64,000 bases of DNA from Elsinoe ampelina (Eukaryota), in NCBI GenBank assembly GCA_010093995.1, contig ML992509.1, positions 41,588 to 105,587 on the forward strand, read 5' to 3'. The translations under genes and the position numbers were made by a program. The notes under the pieces are model-generated. The model had not been told where the DNA came from, searched no databases, and worked only from the letters and a program-made list of their open reading frames with translations. Shown piece by piece: positions 33,881 to 46,106 of the stretch; position 1 is the stretch's first letter, and each line of letters starts with the position of its first letter.

Positions 33881-35473
33881 ATGTCCGACAGCAACAACAA
33901 CAACCCGCGTAAACGGCGAGCGGAGACACAGGAGGAAGCATGGGTAGCAGATGAGGACCGCTTCGTCCTACAGCAGGCAAAGAAGAGAGCAGCACTGCGA
34001 GTCAAAGCTGGCAGAGCGAAGCCAATCGATCATCTGGCTGTGGTTTTGAGGGCTCTCGACCCAGCACGGAATGGGTTCGACGAGGAAGAAGAGGAGTCAG
34101 AGGCAGCCGTGGTCAGTCCGGAAACAATCTTTGACGGACTTGACACTGAAGACCTGCTGGATCTCGAAAAGGAGATCGATACATATCTCGCGCTAGAGAA
34201 GAGCCGCTCAAATTCCGAATACTGGCAGACAATGAAGCTGGTCTGCAGAGATCGACGCCAGGGGGATGGTCACAACGGATCCGACCAAGGACTATCGGCA
34301 GTTGCAGCTCAGCTTGACCGAGTCCTCGGCCCAAAGAATTTGAAGGAGCTGGAAACGCTAGAGAAGCAGGTCAAGCAGAAGCTCAAAAGCGACGAGGCGA
34401 TCGATGTGGACTACTGGGAGAATTTGCTCAAACGACTGTCGATACACAAGGCGAGAGCGCAGCTACGCAAGGTGACACAGGACATCATGCAAGCACGAGT
34501 CAAAGGACGTCGCGAGGAGTCGAGACAAGCCGCCGAGGAGTTCCGCAGAGAAGTAGCAAAGGCCATGGAAGGACGGACAACGGCAGAATCGCACGATCGC
34601 CTCGACACAACAAGCCTCGATCCGGACTCATGCCTCAAGATATCGGCGACGGACAGGACGGTACCCATCGTGCAACAAGGTCCGTATCAGCGACGAATCG
34701 AGTCGGAACGAAGGAAGATGGCCGAGTCTGGCTGGCCCACTAGACACTCAAGCCAAGTTGCCAGATCGGCCAATCTATCTGCAGAGTCCGGCGACAAGCA
34801 AACAAGTACGACAGGGACAGCATATGAGCGTGAGGTGGCCAGAGGAGTCGGTGAGGATGAGGAAGTCTTTGCGACAGAAGAGGCGGTATCAACAAGTCGG
34901 AAACCTGCTTGGGCCGAAACTTACGTACCTCGCAAGCCAAGGTACTTCAATCGAGTCCAACTAGGTTTCGAGTGGAACAAGTACAACCAAACACACTACG
35001 ACCAGGACAACCCGCCGCCAAAGGTCGTACAAGGTTACAAGTTCAACATCTTCTACCCCGACCTGATTGATGTGACCAAGGCACCGACCTATCGTATCGA
35101 ACGTGAGAACGGCAGGAAGCGAGGACAGACCATGGCACCGGCTGGAGAAGAGGATACGTGTATCATTCGGTTCGTGGCGGGACCGCCATATGAGGATGTA
35201 GCATTCCGGATCGTCGACCGTGAATGGGATTACAGCGCAAAGAGAGAACGAGGATTCAAAAGCAGTTTCGACAAGGTAAGAGAGCCGCTTCCGAAGTTCC
35301 CCTATGCAAGCTGCAGATCTTTGGACCACGTGATGGATCGGACGAAGGCTGACAAGGCACGCAGGGTATTCTACAACTTCATTTCCAGTTCAAAAAGGTA
35401 CGGAGGAACAAGTGCAGACCCGATTATCTGGAAAGCGGGACTGACGTATACCCAGATCTACTATCGGAAATAG
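33881..35473 (+). CDS. CACTIN: Cactin splicing factor (3 exons)
   Basis: EDRFVLQQAKKRAALRVKAGRAKPID and KPRYFNRVQLGFEWNKYNQTHYD.DNPPPKVVQGYKFNIFYPDL. Removing introns 35276-35364 and 35398-35455 restores FDKGILQLHFQFKKIYYRK*. Confidence 0.93.
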   Translation: MSDSNNNNPRKRRAETQEEAWVADEDRFVLQQAKKRAALRVKAGRAKPIDHLAVVLRALDPARNGFDEEEEESEAAVVSPETIFDGLDTEDLLDLEKEIDTYLALEKSRSNSEYWQTMKLVCRDRRQGDGHNGSDQGLSAVAAQLDRVLGPKNLKELETLEKQVKQKLKSDEAIDVDYWENLLKRLSIHKARAQLRKVTQDIMQARVKGRREESRQAAEEFRREVAKAMEGRTTAESHDRLDTTSLDPDSCLKISATDRTVPIVQQGPYQRRIESERRKMAESGWPTRHSSQVARSANLSAESGDKQTSTTGTAYEREVARGVGEDEEVFATEEAVSTSRKPAWAETYVPRKPRYFNRVQLGFEWNKYNQTHYDQDNPPPKVVQGYKFNIFYPDLIDVTKAPTYRIERENGRKRGQTMAPAGEEDTCIIRFVAGPPYEDVAFRIVDREWDYSAKRERGFKSSFDKVREPLPKFPYASCRSLDHVMDRTKADKARRVFYNFISSSKRYGGTSADPIIWKAGLTYTQIYYRK

Positions 35474-36845
35474 GAGGGTGCATCCGCGACACGGCAGAAC
35501 GAAAAAGAAGCAGAAGCAGAAGCTCCAGTGGCACGGACAGCGGCAATCAGTCAGAAACAGGCCAAACTTGGCTTGGATTGTCAGCAACAACGAGCAGGCA
35601 AAGGCAGGCAAAGAAAGGCTAATGAGGGTTTCGGATGCACGAGATGCATGTGGCTTGCAGCGGATCCAGCAGCCGCGACGCCGCACGTCGTCTGATTGAT
35701 CAGCTTTGGTTTTGCTGGTCCCGCCTCCTCCCCGCTCACCGTCTGGTACTTGACAGAGGTATCGCCGACCCTGCTCGCACAGCACATGGCCTGCAAACGC
35801 CGTCTTTCGGTACAGTATCCGCTACTAATGCATCTCACTGCACGCTCAGAGTCAGTCTTGGAACCAGCTGACTGGTTGGAAGGAGTTGCCGCTCCTCCCC
35901 GATCACCAGCTCCTTTGGTCTTTCCCTCCAGACCGCCAGATGTAGCTCATCTTCCGACCGCACTCCTGAAGAGCTTTAATGAAACAGGTTGACAGACTCC
36001 AGCAGTAACAACCCGACGTCCAAGTAATTGCATTTGGAATCACCACAATTAGTCACGGTCGAAAGGTGCGGTGCAGCCAAACGCAACGACATGTAGATCG
36101 TTGTCCACGTCTTGACATGCGACCTGCCGGCCCGTGATCTGTCCTGATCCAATCGTTCATCTGTTAGGGGTGGTCTAGCGTGTGGACACAGACCCTGAGT
36201 TTTGTGTTCCCAGCTGTCTGGATCTTGTCCCACCCGAACACGCGCTGGACACATGCACTATGATCGTCAACGACAGCTGCCGTCGACGCCACTGATTGTC
36301 CGGCATCTTAGGAACAATGACTAGCCTGGCATCCCCTGCTTGACTGCCATGCATCGACGGATGGAACATTCATTGCCGGATGCCTCCTGGAAAATAGTCC
36401 TATGCAAGTCGCGGTTGGTGATGCCAATCGCGCAGTCTTGGTAGCCCGACGCTGCGGTGCACGCTCCAGCGTCTGCCTGCCAATCCATATAGCGGTATGT
36501 TTGGCCATTGGCCTCAATTGCGACCTGGTTTCAGTTTTGGCCTCCTCTTTGTCCTTTTCCTTTCCGCTACACGAATATAATCTGTCATCACAACGCGATT
36601 CACCCTGATCCTTGTCACACACCACATCAAACAGCAGGAGCCTCCCAGACATCATTCGACACACCTCTTGTCCGACATTCGGTTTCCTGCTTGTGCAACA
36701 GACAAGATCTATTGGTCGACACTGGTCCGCCAATATCACGCAGCTGTACTGGCCTGGGCTTTTGAAAGACATATCAAAGTGAATCAGCTCTGGACACAGC
36801 TTCTGGTCTCAGCAGCATAAACCGGCACGAAGGCAAGACATCGTC

Positions 36846-38422
36846 ATGTCCGCATATCAACAGTTCGGGGGAGACCATGGGTGGGCGGCGGCTGGTGGCT
36901 ACGTCCCTGATTGGAATGACGACTGGGCTATTCCTGGCCAACCCCCTTTCGCCCAGTCCGATGATCTGGCTCATCATCCACAGTCATATGTTCGTCCTCA
37001 AGCTGGTCTGCAGACCGTGCAGGTGAACCCCCTTCACATGTACCAGGCCTGCAATCTCCAGTCCCACTGGCCACCAGTCGGCGGACAAAAGTCGCTGGAT
37101 CCTCAGCTGTCAAACTCCTTTACTTCATCACCAATCGATCTTGGACTCGCCCAACCGCTACAACTACCTTCCACTCAGCAAGCGCCCGCTCCCGCTATCG
37201 ACTCGTCCAGCGAAATGGACATTTACCACGACGATGCACCATGGCTACCTCAGTCCCATCACGTCCAGTACGAGCACGACCATTCCGGCAATCAGTATCC
37301 GTCGCCGCCGCAGTATAACACGGTTCCACTCAACAACAGCTCTCCGTACATGGGCCACAGCGGCCAGACTGATGCTTCCGACCTCGCACATCAGGCAATG
37401 ATCAGCCAGATGTACACGGAGGACTACCATTCAAGAGCCTCCACTCCACTGGAACAGCCGACGTTCCATCTGCCCAAACGTTCCGAAACACCTTTCGACG
37501 ACAATGGATCCGAAACCGCGTATGCGCATCTGCTTTTCAAATGTCTCGAGGCCGCTCCCAACCAGAAGATGGGTCTCCGTGACATTTACAACTGGATGTA
37601 CGACAACTGCCCACGCGTCCGTGATGTCAACAACAAGGGATGGCAGAACAGTGTCAGGCACAATCTCTCGATGAACAAGGTAAGTTCCATGGTTACGCAG
37701 TGATGGGACAAGACTAACTTGTGCAGGGCTTCGAGAAGGTCCCCTCTCCTTGCGGGTCGACATCCAAGAAGGGCACCATGTGGCGATTGAGTCAAGACGC
37801 TCTGATGCGTGGCCATGTCCTTTCCACCACTCAGTACCGCAAGAAGACCAAGAAAGTCAACCCACGCAGCCGCGCCTTTCCAGCTGCCCCTCAACGAGCC
37901 AGCGCGGGATCCAAGGGTGGACTTGCCAGCAAGCGTGCTCAAGAGAAGAGACGCCAGGAGGCTGCTGCCTATAGGGCTCCGACGAGTGCTCCGTCTCATT
38001 TTCACGACTCCATGTCTCGTTACTCATCGCCGGCATTGACCAATGGATCTTTCAGCCCAGGATCCACCACGAGCCCCTACGAGCCGATGCTGATGGGCCC
38101 TTACGGGTCCCCATCCCCTCAAGTCTACCAGCACTCGCGCTCTGCAACACCGGACAGCCCGGCATTCATGGACATGACCAACCTCAAGACTGGTCCGACA
38201 TCTAACCCTTCATTCATGACTGGGTTTGACCAGCTGGCCCACTTCAACAGCACCCACGGCTATGCCAGCGCCGATGACCAGTCCGAGCTCCTCGACAACA
38301 TCAACGTCAATACATCTCAAGTCATCGACACCGAGGCCGAGCGTCAGGACTTTGACCTCTTCTTCGGCGATGGCCACGCTGCAAACTCACCGCAATACAC
38401 ACACTTTGCTGACCATGTCTGA
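36846..38422 (+). CDS. Forkhead-box transcription factor, 2 exons
   Basis: YAHLLFKCL...LRDIYNWM...GWQNSVRHNLSMNK|GFEKV...MWRL; intron GTAAGT...CTAAC...CAG at 37680-37726. Confidence 0.92.
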
Positions 38423-39068
38423 GCGGTTTGTGGATAGATCTGGGTATGAGGAGGAATGTATGTAAGGCATTTTGAGTGGGAGGACGATGGCGTTGCGGGA
38501 TGGTCTTATAATGGAACAGTCATGAAGGATACCTGTACAATAGATAGAGACAGCAATGTGGGATGATTGGCACGATCATGTCTTGACTACCCCTTCGCCC
38601 TTCCAGTATTCGAATTCGCCGCCTGAGACCAAGCATCATCAAGCAAACGCCACGGAAGAAATGAAAAGTCTTGACCGCAGCCACGGCCATTTCGCTTGCA
38701 GATCAAGCCCTGGAGAAGTCGACGTGAGCCGCAACATGGTCCTTTCCGGCAATCTCGGGCTGCAAAGTGTAAGAGATCCTCCACCAATAAGCTCGACCAA
38801 GCTTCACCAAGACGGCGGATCCGCAAGCTTAGCTGCCCTAATTCTGCCCTAGCGTGATTGTCACAGGGGCGCTTCTCCAGCTTCTTCCGACGACGTCTCC
38901 GCCTGTCACTTCCGCCACTGCGAAGAATCTACTGGATGACACGGCATCGTGGGTCCATGACAATCTACTTCGCGTGGACAAGGTCCCTGAACACGGTAAT
39001 ATAAACATGGTAGGATCCCTCTGTCCATCTCCTCTTCACCAGCTGTTCCTCCAAGCACTACTGCAATC

Positions 39069-40415
39069 ATGCTTGTCCAATCAGTCCTCCTCGGACTCTT
39101 GTCCGCCACTTCTGTGTTTGCGTCGCCGACATCACAGTCTCACAGCAGCGGCGTGTCACAACGGCCAAATGTCAAGTCCCACCCCAAGCCTCCCTTCTCC
39201 TCCATCCCCGACCTTCCCGCCAGGAACCGCAAGACTTGCACTGTCCCTTCCCACAACGACTTGAAGACTGACGACTCCCCCGCCATCCTCAAGTCCATCA
39301 AGGAGTGCAACAACGGTGGCCATGTCGTCTTTTCCGCCGACAAGACCTACTTCATCGGCACCGCCCTCGATCTCTCCTTCCTGAAGGACATTGATCTCGA
39401 TATCCGCGGCACTTGGCTCTTCTCCAACGACACTGACTACTGGCAAAAGGCCGGTTTCTTCCAGACCTTCCAGAACGTCACCACCTTCTTCACGCTCGGC
39501 GGCAGCGGCGTATCCATCTACGGCGGCGGCACCATCAACGGCAACGGCCAAGCCTGGTACGACCTCTACGCAAAGAACGTCTACATCCTGCGCCCCGTCC
39601 TCTTCGGCGTCGCCGGCCTCCACAACTCCATCATCTCCCACCTCAATCTCCGCTACTCCCCGCAATACTACCACTTCATCGCCAACAGCACCAACCTCAT
39701 CTTCTCGGACATCACCATCGCAGGTGGCTCCGTCAGCGCCAACCCCGCCAAAAACACCGACGGCTGGGACACTTACCGCTCATCCAACATCGTCATCCAA
39801 TCCTCCATCATCAACAACGGCGACGACTGCGTCTCCTTCAAGCCCAACTCGACCCGCATGGTCGTGCAAAACCTCACCTGCACCGGCTCGCACGGCATCT
39901 CCGTCGGGTCGTTGGGCCAATACAAAGGCACCTACGACATCGTCGAGGACATTCTGGTCTACAACAACACCCTCACCAACATCACCGACGGCGCCCGCAT
40001 CAAAGTCTGGCCGGGCGCCCCCGCGGCCCTCTCCGGCGACCTCCAGGGCGGCGGCGGCAGCGGGCGCGTCAAGAACATCGTCTACGACACCATGGTGGTC
40101 AACAACGCGGATTACGCCATCGAGGTGACGCAGTGTTACGGGCAGAAGAACCTGACGCTGTGTCAGCAGTTTCCGTCGAGTTTGACCATCGAGGATGTGT
40201 TGATGCGCAATATCAAGGGGACGAGCAGTACCAAGTATAAGAATGTGAGTGGGTATGTGAGGTGTAGCGACCCCAAGGTGTGTGAGGATATCAAGTTGGA
40301 GGATATTAGCGTCAAGGCGCCCAATGGGACGGTGAATTTGTTTACCTGTGGGAATGTGGATCAGAGTTTGTTGGAGGGGATTACGTGTACGAGCACGGAT
40401 TATGGGTATAATTAG
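39069..40415 (+). CDS. Secreted GH28 exopolygalacturonase (PgxB-like)
   Basis: Signal peptide plus the [25 protein letters not shown] and RIK catalytic motifs; intronless, 448 aa. Confidence 0.92.
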   Translation: MLVQSVLLGLLSATSVFASPTSQSHSSGVSQRPNVKSHPKPPFSSIPDLPARNRKTCTVPSHNDLKTDDSPAILKSIKECNNGGHVVFSADKTYFIGTALDLSFLKDIDLDIRGTWLFSNDTDYWQKAGFFQTFQNVTTFFTLGGSGVSIYGGGTINGNGQAWYDLYAKNVYILRPVLFGVAGLHNSIISHLNLRYSPQYYHFIANSTNLIFSDITIAGGSVSANPAKNTDGWDTYRSSNIVIQSSIINNGDDCVSFKPNSTRMVVQNLTCTGSHGISVGSLGQYKGTYDIVEDILVYNNTLTNITDGARIKVWPGAPAALSGDLQGGGGSGRVKNIVYDTMVVNNADYAIEVTQCYGQKNLTLCQQFPSSLTIEDVLMRNIKGTSSTKYKNVSGYVRCSDPKVCEDIKLEDISVKAPNGTVNLFTCGNVDQSLLEGITCTSTDYGYN

Positions 40416-40570
40416 ATCTGAGAAAGGAGAGGTAGAGAATGTCTAATTTGCTTGGAAAGCGGGTTTGTGGTTGTGTGTGCTTCTTGATCTTGTGCGTCTG
40501 TCCCTTCTGACCATGTTTCAATCCCAGCCAGGCTCCGGTAGGTCATTGGCAGTAAGCCAACATCGCCATA

Positions 40571-40861
40571 CTACTCCGACGCCTCTTCGCTGCCATTCCT
40601 AGCCTTCTCACCACCATCCGCGGCCATCGCTTCCTCGGACATCCTCAAGTCTGGGTTCCTCTTCACAGCGAAGAACGTCAAGCTCCACAACTGAATGATG
40701 TCCCTCTCCGCAGCCCCTTCAGCCCCCGGCGGCGGCGGCAAACTCTCCAACGAAGCTTTCTTGAACTTCCCATACTCATACACCCAGCTCCACACCTCGT
40801 CCGACAGCGTACCATCATTCTCCTCAATCACATCCCATAGTGCATTGTACGCCCTTCCCAA
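40571..40861 (-). CDS. Possible small hypothetical protein or gene remnant
   Basis: Protein-like 96-codon frame, but no ATG start and no recognisable motif. Confidence 0.25.
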   Translation of the reverse strand: MGRAYNALWDVIEENDGTLSDEVWSWVYEYGKFKKASLESLPPPPGAEGAAERDIIQLWSLTFFAVKRNPDLRMSEEAMAADGGEKARNGSEEASE

Positions 40862-41269
40862 GTTTTTCTATACGACTGGGCCTCTGCAGAAATCTGATTT
40901 GTCCCCGAAGTTGCACCGGACTAGCTACTTCTCCACGCCGCGCACCATAGTGACCAATTGCCAACTCCATCCGACGGTAGAATGCCATGCCAACAGTCAT
41001 TTCTCCATGGACGCATTCTGATCCACCCGCAGAGCCTTTCATCATCGTGTCAGCAGTATGCGGCTCATGCTTTCGATGCCATGACGAGTGGCATCCATCA
41101 TACCGTCGTGCCTATGCAGGTTGTGGGACTGGAAATGAGCATAACCGGCTTTGCGCTTCTACTTACAGCGTTGTAGCGCGATCTGTGAGCACAGGTGGAG
41201 ACTGGACCTGGAAGAGGTCGTAAGATGATTCAAGACTAGAGTGAAACAGATCGGGAGGGGCATGTCGGT

Positions 41270-41530
41270 CGTTGGAGCGGGAGCGGTGGGGGGTGGGGGG
41301 GTGGCGCCGAGGAGGTGCTTGAGGCCTTCGTATGTGGTGAAGAAGACGCCGGACGAGGGAACGGTTACGAGGAGGACGGTGCAGACGCCTTGGTAGAGGC
41401 CGCGCCAGAGGGAGCGGGTGGCGAGGCCGTGGGTGTAGGATTCGTTGAACGAGGGTGATTGGAGGCGGGTTTTGAGTGTGTCGAGGAGAAGACGAGGAGG
41501 TTGACGCTGATGCCGGCGAAGGCGCCTACC
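41270..41530 (-). pseudogene. Mitochondrial carrier (SAM-carrier/Pet8-like) pseudogene fragment
   Basis: After an intron acceptor (GCTAAC...CCCAG): GAFAGISVNLLVF, a 1-nt frameshift, then LDTLKTRLQS...LWRGLYQGV...VPSSGVFFTTYEGLK. Only the first carrier repeat is present. Confidence 0.75.
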
Positions 41531-42832
41531 TGGGGAGTGTTAGCCTATGTGGGTGTGGTATAGATGGGGTGAGAGGGAGTGGGAAAGGGGACGGGTGGTG
41601 CAGGGGGTGTTGGATCAGGCATGGTATGAACGCACAAACCAGATGTTAGTGCCGGCATTGGACGACATTGACAAGCGAGTGTAATGGACCAAAGGGATGA
41701 TACCGCTTGCTCTACTACCTTTCTCGCGAATGAAGGCACAAGGTTCCAATCAATGATCGCCACGGCTACTCGTTGTCGACGGATTGGGTCACCTGCTTTT
41801 CTCTCATCTCAGGAATGTAAATTATACAGATCTGGCAATCCAACTTGCCTGGATGAGTACCGAAGGGATGATACGTTCGGATGGATCATCATCTTTACCA
41901 TGGCAGTCGTCAGAAATTATGTGAAGCGCAAAGTAGGTGACGTTTGCAAGCGGTCATCACCTGGGCCGCATATCGCAGAGGAAACCATCACATTGATGGA
42001 CGTGGAGCGTGGATCTCGCATTCTCTGTGATGAACACGAAGACTCCCATATCATACAAGCCTATCGAGAACGCACGAGATGGAACGGAAATATCAAGCTC
42101 GTTTGTGCGTAAGGCAGATGTACTTGTTGTTGTGAAGGTGGAGAAGCGGAATTGAAGAAGTGGGAAAGCTTCCGACTGTTCACCCAGAACTGATCACTGG
42201 CTGCGCGTATGGCTGAGCATATAATGCAGACCGGTCCTTGATTGCTGGTTCGTCGGAAGTACAAACAGAATCAAGCAAGGAGAGCATGGGACTGTGATCT
42301 TTCCATTCATGGATCTCGTGACACTCTGAAGTGTCCTGCTTCGAGTCTTCTATCCCTCCAGCAAAGGCCTATGTAGGCCATGTCATGACCTCTAGATGAA
42401 GTAAGACCACCCCGTCTGCCTGTTGTTCCCGACTCGAGCTTGATGCTCAATGACATAAAGTCAAAGCAAAGGACGCGGAGAACTCTCGTGGAGCCTCGTG
42501 CTCCGTTCCACCGTAGCAAAGAAAAGTGAAAAGAGAAAAAGCCATCCCTCGCTGTCATTGACACCTTTCGTGTCGGAACGCCATAGCTATGCTACATCAG
42601 TCCCATGTCATGGGACAAAAGCAATTTTGGTATCCCCTTTTATGTCATATGTGATATGACGACGATATCCGCCGTGATGATGGTAATCGATTACCCGCGT
42701 GACGGCGAATGTCGATTCAAGTGTCATCCTTGACACCGTAGACCCCGGGGCAATGCAATAAAGCAAGAGTAGAGAAAGGAAAAGAAAGTGTTTGCCACTC
42801 GAGTGTCGTCAGCATAGCCACGCTCATGAACT

Positions 42833-45800
42833 CTATTTGGAAGCGCCGATGTCGTCGTCCTCCTCTGGAATCTGAGCCTCTTTGCCTTTGGAATCGGAAG
42901 CGGCGGCTGCCTGCGCCTCAGCGAGAGCGGCCATGCCAGAAGTGCTCCTAGGACTGAGGATACCGGTCAAGCTTGCAGCACCGCGGCTACTCGCGCGGGC
43001 ACGAGCGACCTGGGCAGCGGCTTGCTGAGCCATGAATTGGGCCTCGCGCTCATCTTCGGAAGATCCCGCAGAATGCTCTCCCTCAGTGCTCTCACTACGA
43101 GCTCCTTCATGGCTTTCGCGACGCAGGCGGTCGGCCCTGTCACGGAGGACCCTGGCTTCCTCGGCAGCACGTTGTGCACGAACCTGCTTCTTCCACATGG
43201 AGGCATAGCGACCCCTCATGTTGAGAAGCTCGTCGTGAGTGCCGCGTTCAGCAGCACGACCTTCGTGAAGAACGATGATTTGATCAGCCATGGTAATGGT
43301 TGAAAGACGATGAGCGATGACGAGCATGGTACGACCTTGAGCCAGAGTGAGCAGAGCCTCCTGGATGTGCTCTTCGGTTTCAGTGTCGAGAGCGGCAGTA
43401 GCCTCATCGAGAAGGATGATGCGAGGATTCTTCAGGATAGTACGGGCGATGGCGACGCGTTGCTTTTCGCCTCCAGAGAGACGCAATCCACGCTCACCAA
43501 CCTTGGTGTGATATCCGTCAGGGAAGGTCAAGATCTTTTCGTGAATAGAAGCCGCGCGACACGCCTGGTAGACATCCTCGTCCTGGGCCGCAGGGTTGGC
43601 GTATTTGAGATTATACATTAGTGTTTCGTTGAAGAGCACCGTATCTTGAGGAACCACTCCGATGTGGCTGCGGAGACTGTCAATCGTAACGTCGTTCTCG
43701 ATGTCGTGACCGTCGACCTGCATGGTACCGGATTCGGAGGCATAGAACCTGAATAGTAGGCGGAACACCGTGGATTTACCGCCACCTGATTCGCCGACCA
43801 AGGCAGTAGTCGTGCCGGGCTCACAATGGAAGTCGAGACCTTGGAGGGCAGGCTTGCGGGAATCGTAGGCAAAGTGAACGTCGTTGAAGCGAATGTCACC
43901 TTCGCAGGTAGCTAGCGGTTTCGCGGTCGGTTCATCAACGACGGTGGGTGACTCTTTGAAAAGTTCCAGCATACGCTCTGAGTTGATCATGGCGCTCTGG
44001 ATCATGCGATAGAAGGTGCCGAAGAAGTTGAGAGGTCCCTGAAGCTGAGCCATGTATGTGAGAAGGATGACAAAGTCTCCGACTTTGAGTTGACCGTTGG
44101 TGACCTGATATGCTGCGATGAAGCAGGAGATCATGAGACCGACCATGAAGACAAGGTTCTGAGTAACGTTCATAAAGTTGAGTGACAGGTAGACGTGATA
44201 TTCAGCGCCTTGGAACTTGCCGACTGCGTCACGGTACCTCTTAAACTCGTATTGCTCGGCGTTGAAATACTTGACAGTCTCATAAGAGACCATCGAGTCG
44301 TTCCTGACCAAGGCGTTAGCATCGATCAAAGATGATCAGTCATGTGTAGACTTACTTGACAGCATCGACCTCCCTATCCGAGTTCACCATCTCACGGCGG
44401 ATATCGGCACGCCACTGAGCCATGCGGATGGTGAGGTAGATATACCAGAATGTGACAACAGAGATGACCAAGGCATAATAGGCGTCAAAGTAGATGAGGA
44501 AGTAGCCAATGGCGACACAGAGGTCGACCAGCATGGGGACGACTTGAAAGGTGACTGACTCCAAGAAGTTGTTGACTGCGTTGCCTTTACCGAGCGCTGA
44601 GAGAACTTCTCCTGTCTTCTTGCCGAGATGAAAGTCGAGGCTCAAGCTATGGACATGTTCGAAGGAAGCCACAGACAATTCGCGGAACGAGTACTGGCTG
44701 ACTGGTACCCATATCGTTGACCTGATCGCTCCGAGAACGCCGTTATTACCCTGCAGTAGACGGAAGATGATATAGAGGCAGATGTCCTTCCACGGGATCT
44801 TGGTATTGTCCTGCTCGGCCAGCTTGTTCGTGATGTGGCCAGCCTGAAGGGGAACCAACACATTGATGCCACGCTGAATGATCATGATAATGAAGGAGAT
44901 GACAACAACGACCTGGAGACGTCTATCCTTTGCTGGCCAGAGGTAAGGGAAGAAGGCAGAGTATCCTCTGATGTACTCCCACCAGCTCCTTGACGGGGTT
45001 GTGGTAGGCTTCTCCCAACCGGCTGGCACATCTCGCTTTCTGGCAGGCCTGTGAGCGTGTCCGTTGGCAGTGGTACCGTATCCATTTGGTTGACCATTCG
45101 ATTGACCATTCGCGTCGCCATTAACGCCGTTGGAGAGTCCGTGTTCGGCACGATCCTGGCCGTCGAGCAACCCAGTTGATTCTTCGGGTGTGCTTGGACG
45201 TGTATGGAGCTGACCTTTTCCTTGCAAGCTCACAAAAAGGGTGTAGAATCCAATCAAGATCAGTAAGATCAAAGTACGTGCTAGGTCGATGGTCACTTCG
45301 ATGATCTCCCACTCTGTCATTTCTCTTTCGAGCTCCCCTCCATTTGGGTCCCCGACTTTTGGCTCATGATGATCGGTCGTGTAGACAGCAAAGGAAGCTC
45401 CAAGGAGGACAATCTCCATGGCTGCGGCGAGGATCCATGTTGCAAGGTGAGCGGATGTGGGAGAGGGCTTGGTGTCAATAATAGAGATGAGGAGCAGGCA
45501 GTAGATCATAAATGACCCAACCACGTAAATCTAAATGTGTTAGCTGTGGTCCTGGTTTATTGCTGGTGATATTGTGCTCACCACAGTAGCTTCTCCGCAC
45601 CACCATTCTTCGCTGCGAGCGTACAGCGCGTGGACGATGACGGTAGCTGCGTTGCCCAGAAATGTGACAGCTGCGCCGAGGGAGAGCCACTCAAACAAGA
45701 GCTTCCTTGGTCTGCTGAAGTCGAGATTATCATGTGAGGTGTTTCTGCTCGCTGGAGACTTCTTTGGAAGTGGTTTGCCGCCTGGGCCGAGATGCGGGCT

Positions 45801-46106
45801 GCCAGTGAGTGAAGCTTCATCATCGTCCTCCTCGGTGTCGTTGTTTGAAGCGGCGATGCTGCGAATTGTGAAGACTGTGATGAAGAAGATGAGTAGAACG
45901 ATGGGGTAAGCTGCATGACCGTATGAGAGGATGGCCTGAGCGACTCTATTCGAAACCCATGGCTGCTTCGGCTCGTTGACGTCGGCCGACGCGAGATGAG
46001 ATTGTGAGAGGCTCTGAGGTGAAGTGCTTGTGCTGTGCTGGATCAACTTGCCAAACACAAGCAGACCCAAAGCACTGAAAGCTCCTCCAACAGCTGCGGC
46101 CGCCAT
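42833..46106 (-). CDS. HMT1: Half-size ABCB transporter, heavy-metal tolerance HMT1/ABCB6 type (3 exons)
   Basis: N-terminal TM extension; FFPYLWP, HSLSLDFHLGKKTGEV and YETVKYFNAE; Walker A GESGGGKS, LSGGEKQRVAIAR and LLDEATAALD. Introns near 45.53-45.58 kb and 44.31-44.35 kb. Confidence 0.9.
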
